This document shows positions 38,155 through 51,498 of a DNA stretch of 64,000 nucleotides, piece after piece. How positions within the stretch are numbered: position 1 is the stretch's first letter; every line of letters begins with the position of its first letter. The position numbers and the translations under genes were made by a program. Source of the stretch: Octopus bimaculoides (lineage: Eukaryota); assembly GCF_001194135.2 (NCBI RefSeq), contig NC_068981.1, positions 149,123,452 through 149,187,451 of the forward strand, read 5' to 3'. The notes beneath the pieces were generated by a model. The model saw nothing but the letters and a program-made list of their open reading frames with translations. It had not been told where the DNA came from and ran no database searches.

Positions 38155-39121
38155 ATATATANNNNNNNNNNNNNNNNNNNNNNNNNNNNNNNNNNNNNNN
38201 NNNNNNNNNNNNNNNNNNNNNNNNNNNNNNNNNNNNNNNNNNNNNNNNNNNNNNNNNNNNNNNNNNNNNNNNNNNNNNNNNNNNNNNNNNNNNNNNNNNN
38301 NNNNNNNNNNNNNNNNNNNNNNNNNNNNNNNNNNNNNNNNNNNNNNNNNNNNNNNNNNNNNNNNNNNNNNNNNNNNNNNNNNNNNNNNNNNNNNNNNNNN
38401 NNNNNNNNNNNNNNNNNNNNNNNNNNNNNNNNNNNNNNNNNNNNNNNNNNNNNNNNNNNNNNNNNNNNNNNNNNNNNNNNNNNNNNNNNNNNNNNNNNNA
38501 TATATATACATATATATACATATATATAATGAAATTTTTATGAGTGCATAGCATAAGCTTTTATTTTGAACTTTCACTTGTCGCATCTACTTCACCATCT
38601 GGCTTTTCTTCTACTTGTAAATAATTCTTACAGACTATGAAAACATTTTAGCCTCACGCAGACATATCCCACTCACGTATATACATAACATCTTCAAGCG
38701 ACTTCTTTTAGTTTTTTTCTTGCATTCTCTCTTATTTACAAACATTTTCTCTAGCTTTATAGTCAGTTTTTCTATTTTATTAAGACTGCGCTATTTATTA
38801 CCCACCATTCATTCTCCGCCAAATTCGATACCGTTTAAAAATTTTTTTTTTTTTATGCAGAAACCCACAGTCTTCCACTCAAAACACCATACTATCCATA
38901 TAAAAAAAAAATCTCCATATGCTCCCTCTCTACTGAAAAAAGCCGACAACCCACTCCAAACATAGTACAACACACACAAAACCCCATTGAATATACTTGA
39001 AACTCCTTCAGTATAGTGGTTTTACTTTCTTTATTCTTTTGCTTCATTTGTTTAAAAAGAAAAGTTTTCTATTGGGATATGTCGCTTAATTACCGTTGGC
39101 AACCGTGCGGAACATAAAGAC

Positions 39122-39157
<36 letters not shown>

Positions 39158-40419
39158 AAAAGAAAAAAATCACCTTCCAAGTTCTACGTTGTTTAAAAGG
39201 CAAAGTAAGTTGTTTGCTGTTTCCGCCATTGACGTCTTTATGACCACCACTGAAAATAAACAAATAAATCAAAATGTAGTAGGAGTTAGCTTCACCGGAA
39301 CCCCGAAAGTATGAACAGGTCTGCAAACACCAGCTGGGCAGGAAATGCTATCGTCTTGATACTAATACGTCTATTATATAACAAGTCAACAAAAGAAACT
39401 GGAGTCATTGGTAAGTGACCAGCCATGGTGAAGGTACTGACACCGCAGAGTAATAGCTAACATCAAATACATAAATAGAGCAAAATTAGGAGGTTAGAAA
39501 GCTGAGAAATTAAGTAGAATATGAAAATATTGGAAGGCTAGAAGAATGAAACAAGAAAAAAAAGAGTTTGTAAAGTAGATGAGTGGAAGATGCTTGTCTG
39601 AAAAAAGAAAAACAATGTAATAAAAATAACTAGAAAACTAATACGCTTGTAATCTGGAAATAAAACAGAACATAAAATAAGAAAACGCAAAAAAACAAAC
39701 AAACAAACAAACAAAAAGACACAAAAAAAAACAAACAATAAAACAACACTAACCAAAATATTAAAATTCTTAGTGTCTGGAAGAGACTGACTAAAAGATA
39801 AGACTAAAATTACCAGACCTCTCTATAAGAAGAAGGGAAATTTTTAATACTGTATCTCCAAAAGTTTTCTAAGCAAAGCCAATTAATTTTTTCTCATTAT
39901 GTGTATCCGTGTTATTTCAAGATAGGAACATTTATCCCTACTCTTTAATAGGGACCATAATGAGATGCCAACACAGCACCAAAAGCTGAGCTGGATCTTC
40001 TGCACTTTGTATGTTAAAGCTCTTATGTTATAGAGACATACGAAGAGGTTTTTCGAATAATAATGAATCTTGTGATCTATATTTTCAATGACACTCTCTC
40101 TCACATCGATACTCAAACTTTTTAACTATCGCCCCACCTTCTTTTACCAACACTTTTCAACGCTCCCTTGATACAATTCAGGAAAAATAGATACACCACA
40201 TTTACACACGCATATACATTTACACACGCATATACATTTACACACGCATACACACACACACGCACACACACATACACATACACTCAAGTCAGGATGTTTC
40301 CTAAAGCTACAGGTGCAGTGATCGTCTTTATTGCAAATATTCGACAATGTCTTTTAATTTATGCTTTTGTTTATTGTTTATAATTTACAGGCATATTAGT
40401 TTCCGCATATTCTTATTCA

Positions 40420-40605
40420 CATTTCTTCTTCTTCTTCTTCTTCTTCTTCTTCTTCTTCCCCTCTCCTCCACCTCCTCCTCCTCCTCCTCCTCCTCCTCCT
40501 TCTTCTTCTTCTTCTTCTTCTTCTTCTTCTTCTTCTTCTTCTTCTTCTTCTTCTTCTTCTTCTTCTTCTTCTTCTTCTTCTTCTTCTTCTTCTTCTTCTT
40601 CTTCG
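40420..40605. repeat. (CTT)n/(CCT)n polypyrimidine microsatellite
   Basis: Direct reading; source of the poly-R/E/F artefact ORFs. Confidence 0.95.
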
Positions 40606-41279
40606 TTTCATTTGTATAACGTTCCCCTTTCCCCGTGTAATTCTTTTCCTATGACAGATTGAATTTTGAAGTTTTAATTTTGTACTCTTCAAATTTTTGT
40701 ATTTTTCAACTTTTTAATAATATAACTCTCCTAACTTCATTATCCATCACGAGTGCTTCTGTTTGTATGAAAATACTGACCTTTGTGCCCTATCCAGCCT
40801 TCTCAATTTACATTTTCGTCCATCACTCTTCCTAATCACCTTTCTTTTAACAGTTTGCCCTTCTATCGCTATTACAGTATTTTATCATCCTCTTCCAGTC
40901 TTGCTCCCACCTACCATTTTGTCTACCCTTGTTTATCTCTCGCTCACCCTGTCCTCCTTCCACTCGAACTCGATCAAGTAAACTCAAATATTTCTTTCAA
41001 AATTTTAAATATTCATCTCATCCTTTTCTTAACTTTTCTGTGTTCTCTTTGCTAGCTTATTTGCTGTTCAGTTATCATTTCCCCACAAAACCCTTTCGCT
41101 TATCACTTTCCGCTTCTCCATCAAAGCCAACATTTACTAAATTCGCAGTTTCCGAAACACAACTTTGATGATACACACCGAACATCTGCTTTGCTGAAAC
41201 AACGATGGCCGTGTTGNNNNNNNNNNNNNNNNNNNNNNNNNNNNNNNNNNNNNNNNNNNNNNNNNNNNNNNNNNNNNNN

Positions 41280-41331
<52 letters not shown>

Positions 41332-41379
41332 AGTAAGGTTTTCAAATCCATGTCGAACATTTCTAGGCATTTATGATCT

Positions 41380-42050
41380 CATCTTCTGCTATGAAGTGAT
41401 TGGTATTGTTCCGTATTGATGCAGACCGCTAAAACACGATTATTGATGGCGTTGGCAGTACCGCTGGACGAGTGTGCCGATATTAATTGAATGGAAGTGT
41501 TGCGCTCATAACTCGTTAGTAGGAGCAGATCATACCTTAGAAGGTTGCCATGGTAGTGTAAAAAGAAAAATGCGTCTATAGCTTGAGGCAGGAAAGAGTT
41601 TGTTTGTGGGTTTTTGTCAATCAGTCGGATGACATTTTGGATGTGATCTGTGTGCATTTGCGCTATACGTAGGTCACTCTGTTCTATTTTGGATTAGCGG
41701 CGCAAAGGGATCTTTTGGCTCTGAAGAGGAACGCTAGCTTTTGAGGTGCAATTTATTGTTCAGAATATGAGATCATCATTGATTGTGAGGCCTGACATTT
41801 TTAACAGTGGATCGCAGCAGTGGGTAAAAAGGACCTAATTGACGATTTCTTCAGCTCTTGTAGGCAGTGGGTACAGCCTTATTGATACAGCGCATGTGAA
41901 CCATTTTAACATGTGTGAGAGACGTGGAAGTGCAGGCTTAATGAAATGGTTTTGGTTAGATAGTTAACTGATGCGGATGAATCTGGGATGATAAAACTGA
42001 CAGATATCCAATGGAGTGCTATATTGGCATGTGGGTAACCGTGATTAAGT
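41380..42050 (-). pseudogene. Probable decayed Penelope-like element (RT palm/thumb to GIY-YIG)
   Basis: Minus-strand peptides WISVSF..SASVNYLTKT..SLHFHVSHT and later IQNVIRLI follow the order of the Penelope motifs LDisvsi..tsvyyKpT..syLhf.SsHp and kNvIYlI. Heavily eroded. Confidence 0.4.
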
Positions 42051-43592
42051 AGTGATTAAATGATCCAATGGGATCAGAGTTTGGAGATGAGGAAGAGACC
42101 TAGAATATAACTTCTGTGTTTCGGTCAGGTAGTTAGACGTAGGAGATATTATTAATGCATTTGGAATATCCTTTTTAACTTCTGAAAGTAATTTTCCTTT
42201 GTCAGATGACCATTTATATATTACAGAATTACTGTTGTTTAGACGATGTAGGCAAGCATCTTATGGGCTTGCAATTTTAAAGATCGTTATATCTTCAAAA
42301 CTGAAATGGTTTTCCACTCGATGTGCCATTCAGATATTATTCCTGGCTCTTTGTTTGAAGAGATCATTAAATACTTTTAGAAATACTCTGTATGCGTGTA
42401 TTATATATAACTAGAATTTTGGAAAATTACCAATTCCTAGTGCTTTTAAGTTGTATTTTTTGTAGCGTCTGGGGTATTTCTTGAGTTATTCCTTTCAGTG
42501 ATTGTTCAGGTGTTACACCTGTTGTTTTAAGCATTCTTGTCCGTGGCTATCCCTTCGTGATCCATAGTTCTCTCAAACATTCTTCTACTTCTCTTGCTGT
42601 GTGTACTGCTGCTATTTTGATTTTACAGGGTTCTTGGTAAAATCGTTTCGTTTTGTGCTTGAATTGAAATGTTTGCCTACGACAACAGATTTCTTCTACG
42701 ATTTTACGAGGATCTCTTCTATGAGTTCTTTATATCTGGGTGCTTCTGCATAGTTTTTGTCACATTTTTTTCCGATTTATTTCTGTTCTTCTGTCGTTTT
42801 CTTTAAAAATTAGGAGATGTTTTCTTTGTCTTTCTCAGCACCTTTTCGTATAATTATATCATTTTAATTTAGATGTTCTTATATGACTGGTTTTGAAAAA
42901 ATAGCCACCTTCCTGTAGCTGCATTTCATATCTGTTTCCTTCTCGTGATGAAATTTGTCTTAAGCGAAACTGACTTAGTACTTAAAATAAACATCCATCT
43001 ATCAAAACCTTTTTGTTTTTTTGTTTTTGCGAATTCGGTTTAGGCTCTCGCACCGTTTCGTTATATTTTAGGTGTTGAGCCGTTTCTCACAAAATCGGAT
43101 GTGTTGAGAAATACTTAAACAAAGAAAGAAAGAAGTGAAGTTACATATAATGTCCCTACTTTCGGACACATCAGAACTCAAGATAACACCCAAAATGCTA
43201 TTCTTTTTTTTTTCAGGACAAATTTCTTTTGACATAAACCCCATCAGGAATAAGGGATCTCTTGATGTGGCTACAGATGTCTGATTTAAACACATTCCAA
43301 TCTCTCGTCTACTACTGTTACTACAATTTTTGTTTCCCAAAGCTAAATGGATTTGTGGCACAGTCCAGATCAACATTTTAGGTTTAACCCATTAACATAA
43401 CTAACCCCATCATTTCACCTTATACCACGCCTATGGAATTACCTCTCTTATTCATGTTTTCCTGTTGTTTTTGGGTTGCAGTTGTTTGAAGAACTCATCG
43501 GCCTCACTTATCTTGGAGGATCTGTTTTGCATTGTGATTTGATAGCAGGTCGCGTTTAACTTCTAGAAGGTCAAGTATTGAGATCAATTCCA

Positions 43593-44364
43593 GATCTTTT
43601 CAGTTTGGCTGCTAATTTTCGATCTCTTCCAATTCTGCTCGAATTGATTTCATATTCGGTGTAACGCTAATTTATATGCTAATTACTGCTTTGAAATTAA
43701 TTTTCACAATAAATCAATGAACAAAGAGTTATTGGTTTTTAAAGTTTGAAAATTTTGGGTAATTTTAACCAATCATAAGCCATAGATACATTCATACCTT
43801 TTTACAATTAACAAGCCAAACATGAGTTAGCACGTGTTGACAAATACTTTCTACACGAAAACATGTGCATCGATGCTGTGTTCTGCTGCTTGTGCCTCTC
43901 TGTCGCTTGTGCCCATCTGCTGCTTGTATCCTGGTCAAGAGATGTGCTAAGAATAACAGCCAGATAGGCCTTAATTCACGGACCCCTCAGCTTTTTGTTT
44001 TCGTTTAGAATACAAATTCGCAAAAATTTTCTGAAAATTCAAAAAAAAAAAAAAAAAAAAGTTATGAGGGGTTATATATGTCGTGCGTAAAGCAGAAGTT
44101 GATTTATTTAGTTTCAAAGTAAAACACGTCACGCGCGAAAATGACAACTTCAAAATCTTGTTTTCTGACCAGGTGAAAATTATCAAACTTTAAACCTCTA
44201 TAACTTTTTTCAAAATATTTTTCTGCAAAAAGTGAAATACCTCCTGAAATTCAGCTTGGGAAACTACATTAATGTACCAAATGTCAAAATTTTCAATAAA
44301 CATTGAATTTTCGAAAATTGGCAGCAAAACTGAAAAGACCCTCAATTTCTTCGAATACACTGTG
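43593..44364. mobile_element. Old non-autonomous DNA transposon with long imperfect inverted arms
   Basis: 43593-43622 and 44311-44340 are inverted at 27/30. A second inverted match, GTTAT..G.TTTAAAGTTTGA.AATTTT, lies at ~43730 vs ~44180. The right end reads CACTGTG (CAC-type terminus). Confidence 0.5.
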
Positions 44365-44612
44365 TAAACAAAATATCAATTTATGTACCCACATCAGAAA
44401 ATATTACTGTTACTATGTCATTATCGGCATCATTTTTTGTGTTGTATTCCGGTATCGTAGCATGGAAAAATGAGAAGAAACCCGGACTATATAGCTTTTC
44501 CTCACGTCTTGTTTTGTATTTAGCCTTCCATTCTTGTAAGGTAGACATAGTGTCACCAATTATTATCATTATTATTATTACTATTATTATTATTATTGTT
44601 GTTGTTGTTGTT

Positions 44613-45213
44613 GGATCTTTTTTAAAACGGGGGCCACATTTTTCATTAACGAAACACTTTGAAACTTGGAACACTGGTAGAATGTGTCATATAAAACATC
44701 TTTTTCTCTTAGTCTTCTTAAAAAAAAAGAAATCCATAAATTATTCCATGTTAAAGTTGTCGTATTTCTGTAATTTCAACCAATCACTGACGTCCATTCA
44801 GCCGATATACATTAAGTGCCGACTACATAAACAAACGATTCTGAAACAATTAACCCTAACCCTAATCCTAACTCTAACCCTAACCCTAACCCTAGGGTTA
44901 GAGTTAGGGTTAGGGTTAGGCTTAGGCTTAGGGTTAGGGTTAAAGCAAATTTAAAATGAAAAAAGCAAATAAAACGAAGAATCGTTTGTTTATGTAGTCG
45001 GCGCTTAATGTATATCGGCTGAATGGACGTCAGTGATTGGTTGAAATTATCGAAATAAGACAATTTTTTACATGAAATAAATTCGAATACAAAAATATTT
45101 TTCTGTTCTATAACACAAAATAGATAAGTATACGAAGTTTGAAAGTCTTTCGGTACCAAAAACACTACGTAAAACATTAATGAAAAATGTGGCCCCCGTT
45201 TTAAAAAAGATCC
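44613..45213. mobile_element. Fold-back non-autonomous DNA transposon with a telomeric-repeat core, copy 1 (Merlin-like by termini/TSD)
   Basis: Perfect 37-bp TIR GGATCTTTTTTAAAACGGGGGCCACATTTTTCATTAA; 8-bp TSD TTGTTGTT; 72-bp inner IR with 1 mismatch; (CCCTAA)n-(TTAGGG)n core at 44851-44942. Confidence 0.85.
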
Positions 45214-45216
45214 TTG

Positions 45217-45248
<32 letters not shown>

Positions 45249-45310
45249 GTTGTTATTATTATTAATAATAATATTGTTATTTTTATTATTATTACTATTA
45301 TTATTATTAC

Positions 45311-45357
<47 letters not shown>

Positions 45358-45518
45358 GAGCTGTTAGAATCATTAGACTGGGTGTGGATCCTAAACAACT
45401 GAATGCTTTCCCTAAACTGCGTGATTTTGTGCTTATGTTAGAAACCATAACTAACCATTATGCACTAAGTTATATTCCACCACTTTTACCATAGCCTATT
45501 ACTATTGCTACATCAATA

Positions 45519-45576
<58 letters not shown>

Positions 45577-45770
45577 ATGCTGGGGATAATGATGCTCCCG
45601 TCATTGCAGTTATACCGTATTTTTTCAGGACGCTACGCTAGACAAGCTGGTTTCTTATAGACTGACACCAGAGCAATAATGATTTGTACAATGACAAACG
45701 CTCTGGATTAACAGGATGACTATCCTATCTTGGCTTCTTTCATTCATCCATTGTATTTATGAGCACTCTA

Positions 45771-46778
45771 GGATCTTTGGGATTTGACGGGCAACATTTT
45801 TTATGTAGTGTTTTTGGTACCGAAACACTTTCAAACTTCGTATACTTGTATATTTTGTGGTATAGAATAGATAAAAAATTTTGTATTCGAAGTTATTTCA
45901 CGTTAAAAATTGTCTTATTTCGATAATTTCAACTAATCACTGACGTCTATTCAGTTGAAAACAGTTAGCGCTGTAACGGTGTATATCGTATTAATCCCCA
46001 TTAGTTCTGACATTCCCGATTAACTAGACTGTTCGTAAACAAAGGGGAAAAAGCCATCAAAATACTTGAATATTGCCCGCACTTGTTATTGGAGCTGGCA
46101 GAATTATTAATGCACGTCCAAGTGCTTCATTTCCTAGAAATAGCAGCCANNNNNNNNNNNNNNNNNNNNNNNNNNNNNNNNNNNNNNNNNNNNNNNNNNN
46201 NNNNNNNNNNNNNNNNNNNNNNNNNNNNNNNNNNNNNNNNNNNNNNNNNNNNNNNNNNNNNNNNNNNNNNNNNNNNNNNNNNNNNNNNNNNNNNNNNNNN
46301 NNNNNATCTTCTTTAAATCAAACTCTAGTTTAGGGTTAGGGTTCGGGTTTTAGAGTTAGGGTTGGGGTTATGAGTGAAGTTATGGCAAAAATAATCATAA
46401 CCCTAACCGTAACCCTAAAACTAACCCTAACTCTAGAATCCGAACTCTAAAATTGTTACACACACAGATACGCACAGCGTAATTTATTATATAAACAATA
46501 TATGCGTATAAATTACGATTAAACCGGATGAAATATGTCACAGGGAATAACATTTTTATGACCGGCCAGCGGTAACTGTATTCAGCTGAATAGATGTCAG
46601 TGATTGGTTGAAATTACAGAAATACAACAACTTTAACATGAAATAACTTGCGATGTACACAATTTTGTTAAGAAGGTTAAGAGAAGAAGTTGTTTTATAT
46701 GACATATTCTATCAGTGTCCCAAGTTTGAAAGTGTTTCGTTAAGAAAACAAATGTTGCCCGTCAAACCCCAAAGATCC
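45771..46778. mobile_element. Related GGATC-terminated transposon, copy 2
   Basis: 29-bp TIR GGATCTTTGGG(A/G)TTTGACGGGCAACATTT; unique 8-bp TSD GCACTCTA (45763-45770, 46779-46786); arms homologous to copy 1 in reverse order; degenerate TTAGGG/CCCTAA tracts at ~46329-46435. Confidence 0.85.
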
Positions 46779-46990
46779 GCACTCTATCTGTTTTCCTTCC
46801 TTCTTTAAAATAAAGAATCTACTATAATACTCTTGTGTTTTTCTCCATCACAGTATATGAATGAGAAAGGAAGGAGTGATGGCAAACTCGGTAGTGGAAT
46901 GATGGAATTTCTACGGTGAAAAAAAAAAATCAAACAGCGTTTAAATTCTGTGTGAATATATGTATGCGTATGTAAAAGGGAGGCATGCAA

Positions 46991-47052
<62 letters not shown>

Positions 47053-47272
47053 GTGCAATGGAAGTGAGATGGTGAACATCAAACAGCGTTTCAACTCCGT
47101 GTGAGTATATGTGTGTATATGTGTGCGTATAGAAGGGAAGTATGTGAACATTTGTATGTGTGAACCAGCGTTCTTTCAGTAACAAACGATGATCGATGTC
47201 ACATCTCAAAAGACAACCACTAAATAACATTGACAAGTGTATTCATTTGATTTCCCACTCATATTCAATCTG

Positions 47273-47485
47273 TTTTACTCTTTTACTCTTTTACTCTTTT
47301 ACTTGTTTCAGTCAGTTGACTGTGGCCATGCTGGAGCACCACCTTTGGTCGAGTAAATCGCCCCCAGGACTTATTCTTTGGATGCCTAGTACTTATTCTA
47401 TCGGTCTCTTTTGCCGAACCGCTAAGTTACGGGGACGTAAACACACCACCATCGGTTGTCAAGCGATGTTGTGGGGACAAACACA

Positions 47486-47547
<62 letters not shown>

Positions 47548-47656
47548 CATATATACGACAGGCCTCTTTCAGTTTCTGTCTACCAAATCCACTCACAAGG
47601 CTTGGTCGACCCGAGGCTATAGTAGAAGACATTTGCCCAAGGTGCCACGCAGTGGG
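47273..47656 (-). mobile_element. Family A SINE lacking the 5' head
   Basis: Same body and TAAAAGAG tail as 2419-2822. Confidence 0.9.
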
Positions 47657-48773
47657 AAAAATAATTATTACAATCACACACACCTACACAAACATACACA
47701 TATACAAACTCATTAGAGAAAATAATTATTGCCTGAGTGTATCGAGAATATAAAACGACTGCAGTTGAAAGGTATATTATAAATTTGGTAATAAAAGAAT
47801 TATTGAACTAAGAACTTCGTTTTGTACCTTATTTATATATAAAATACTACAATTAGTCGTCATTTTTGACGGCATGGGGGCCAGCTAGTGTTGCAATATT
47901 TAATGTACCTTTTCTTTCTCATAACCTTTCGTTTTTCTCTCTCTCACACTCATTTCTTCTCTCTTTTTCGCTCTGAATTCCCTCTCTTCCGTTGTCACTT
48001 TTCTTTTTCTGTTTTCTCCGCTCAAGCTACTTCACCTTTCCGTACTTTGCTTCTCTTCTTTTTCATTCTATTCTTCCTCACTTTCCCCCTTCTCACACCT
48101 CTTTGTCTACTTCTTCATTAACTACACATTCTTTCTCAGTTACCGTCGTTACTTGTATTGACTAATAAACTACAAGAATACAAACTTGACTTTCTCAGTT
48201 CAGAAGTCCCTTCTTTTCTATTAAAAAAAAAAAAAATGAAGAAACACAAAAATTCAAAGGAAAAAAACAACTCATATCAGCCTCATTTCCTATCGTCTCA
48301 CTGACTGCGACTAACCCTAGCGTTTCCATCACCCATCGCCACCACCATGGGTCTTCCTCGCTCCAGTGTCTTCATCATCCCTGCACCACCATCATTTTCA
48401 ACTTACCTTACCACACCATGTTCACCTCAGTTACTACTTCTGCCTGCCTGCTTGCCGCCNNNNNNNNNNNNNNNNNNNNNNNNNNNNNNNNNNNNNNNNN
48501 NNNNNNNNNNNNNNNNNNNNNNNNNNNNNNNNNNNNNNNNNNNNNNNNNNNNNNNNNNNNNNNNNNNNNNNNNNNNNNNNNNNNNNNNNNNNNNNNNNNN
48601 NNNNNNNNNNNNNNNNNNNNNNNNNNNNNNNNNNNNNNNNNNNNNNNNNNNNNNNNNNNNNNNNNNNNNNNNNNNNNNNNNNNNNNNNNNNNNNNNNNNN
48701 NNNNNNNNNNNNNNNNNNNNNNNNNNNNNNNNNNNNNNNNNNNNNNNNNNNNNNNNNNNNNNNNNNNNNNNNN

Positions 48774-48902
48774 NCACCACCACCACCACCACCACCACCA
48801 CCACCACAACCACCATCATCATCATCATCGTCGGCATCATCATCATCATCATCATCGTCATCATCATCATCGTCATCGTCATCGTCGTCATCGTCATCAT
48901 CA

Positions 48903-48933
<31 letters not shown>

Positions 48934-48958
48934 CTTCTTCTTCTTCTTCTTCTTCTTC
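48774..48958. repeat. Compound (CAC)n/(CAT)n/(CTT)n trinucleotide tract
   Basis: Direct reading; source of the poly-H/D/M/W artefact ORFs. Confidence 0.95.
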
Positions 48959-50784
48959 CCTACTGCTTCTGCTGGCTACCGTTGGAACAGGTTGATGGCA
49001 AGAGAGGGTGGAAAGTGGAGGGTGATGGATGGTGGTTGGTAGCATGGAATGGTAGTTTATGGTTATGTACACACCAAGGCAAATCCTATGATTAAGTCTT
49101 GTAGTGTTTTTTTTTCCAATTATCTTTTCACAAACTAAAAAAAAAATGTTTTTTTCTTGTGCACCATTCATCATCATCTTCCTCCTCCTCCTCCTCCTCC
49201 CCATCATCATCATCATCATCATCATTACCACTACACCCAACCCTCACTGTCATCCGTCCCGTTTTCTTATTCTTATCTTGCTTCTTTGCACTTTACGTGT
49301 CCTGCTTCGAGTTTCTTTAGTTAGGCTAACATTGCTATCAATTTCCACTTATGAATCACTCTCACGATGCAAATAGACAACTACATGTCCACGTTTGCTA
49401 TGAGACCTTGAGGAGCGATACTTCATTGTCTTATTTCTCTTTCTAATTTAATCTGAGGGTTTGAGTGTCTCTATTTTCTCTTTTCCCCTTTACTTGTTTT
49501 AGTAATTGGACTACGACCTCGCCGGGGCATCGTCTTGAAGGGTTTTAGTTGAACGAATAAGGCCCACCGAACCGCTAAGCTAGAATTCCATAAAGAAAAC
49601 AACTACGGTAGTATAGCGGTGAGTGGGGAGACAAACACAAAGACCTAAACACATACACACACATATATATTTATATAAAACAGGCTTCCACATAGTTTCC
49701 GTCAACCAAATTCACTCGTAAGGCCTTTGTCGGTTCAGGATAATTGTGGAAGTCACTTGCCCAAGGTGTCACTCAGTGGGACTAAACCCGAAACCAAGTT
49801 ATCCACTAATGTTTTTTAGCTCGATTTTTTTCTTTGTTTGAGAGTGTACGTGTGTGAGCGCGCGCGTGTGAGTGAGTAGAGTAAATCCTTTCAAATGTTC
49901 CATAAAACTCCAAGCTGTAGGACAATACAGGACGAAATAAACTGTTACAAATACTTCGCTCAGCAAATCTACTACAAGTACACAAGCAACTCATTAAACG
50001 CATAATGTAAATCATATGCATACTGAAAAAGGTTAAGACCTCCTTCGGTCACGAATGACCATGGGATTGCACGTAAAAAGTGCCCCTCCGAGGCACAAAT
50101 CCGGGTAAGGTTGCTTAAGGTAGACCTGCAGTCACGTATGCATACCAGTCTCCCCTCTCCGTGCCACCGATGTTGTCAAAGGGAAAGGCAAAGGCCGATG
50201 CAGCTTGGCACCAGTGACGTCGCAACTCATTTCTACAGCTGAGTGAACCAGAGCAACGCGAAATAAAGTGTTTTGCTCAAGAACACAACACAGTCAAGTC
50301 CGGGAATCGAACTCACTACATCATGATTGTGAGCCTGATACTCTAACCATTGAGCCATGGACTACAAAATAGATGAACCAATTATCAAAATTTCGAGAAA
50401 CTGAACGCTAAATGCATTACATCTAATCATCAATCAACACTAATGATATAATACATAAAATGCTTCACCCAAGGACCTTGTAGAAAGAATAAACTACGGG
50501 TACGTAAAACACGACGAACAACTAAAGGCCAATATTATTCTGTCTGTTCAGCAAGCTTGCAAAGCACAGAGCAAATACAATACAAAGTACCAGAAAATAC
50601 ACGGCAAAAATTACACAAGAAAACACTCGTGGATAACGAAATTATACTCTACAGTATTTTTCCAAAGAAGACAATATATCTATAGATATTAATGCTGGAA
50701 GCAAAACATATTAATGCTGAAAGAAAATCACAATGATATTAATGCTGGAAGTACAGCACAGAGTCTCTATGACACGTAATTCGC

Positions 50785-51150
50785 AGAGTGGCTGTGCGCT
50801 AAGAAGCTTGCTTGCTAACTAAATGGTTTCGGGTTCAGTCCCATTTCGTGGTACTTGGGGCAAATGTCTTCTACTACTGCCTCGGGCCGGCCAAAGCCTT
50901 GTGAGTGGTTTTGGTAGAGTAGAATTGGTATATGTGTGTGTGTCTGTGTTTATCCCCCCCCCACCATCACTTGAGAACCGATGCTGATGTGTTTACGTCC
51001 CCGTAACTTAGCGGCTCAGTAAAAGACACCGATAGAATAAATACTAGGCTTACAAAGAATAAGTCCTTGGGTCGATTTGTTCGACTAAAGGTAGTGCTCC
51101 AGCATGGCCGCAGTCAAATGACTGAAACAAGTAAAAGAATAAGAATAAGA
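50785..51150 (+). mobile_element. Family A SINE, full length
   Basis: GAGTGGCTGTGCG head, GGTTCAGTCCC B box, AAACAAGTAAAAGAATAAGAATAAG tail. Confidence 0.9.
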
Positions 51151-51402
51151 CTCACGATATATGAGTTATGAGAGAAAAGATGCCGTATAGATGTAACAAA
51201 CACACACACATATATATATTTATATACAACGAGATTACACATAGTTTCCTTTTACTAAATCCACTCAGAAGGCTTTATACGGCCCGCGGCCATATAGTAG
51301 AAACTACTTGTCCAAGGTGCCACGCAGTGGGATTGAGCTGCAGCCATTGTGGTTGGGAAGCAAAATTCTTATCAACAGCCACGCCTATACACACACGTAT
51401 CA

Positions 51403-51434
<32 letters not shown>

Positions 51435-51461
51435 GTGTCAGTCTCTCTCTTCCTATATGTG

Positions 51462-51498
<37 letters not shown>

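Noticed and set aside
41350-41400. Possible fifth hammerhead (minus: CAGAAGA...GAAATGTTCGACATG) at the end of the Penelope-like remnant
   Set aside because: Core altered, stems I and II do not pair, and the cleavage position is G; too eroded to support.
42420-42900. Protein-like minus-strand text (KSVVVGKHFNS..., RELWITKG)
   Set aside because: Could be an APE or GIY-YIG remnant but motifs are insufficient to choose; left unassigned.
44851-44942. Telomere fusion scar or chromosome end
   Set aside because: Polarity is (CCCTAA)n then (TTAGGG)n, opposite to a fusion, and the tract lies inside an element with TIRs and a TSD.
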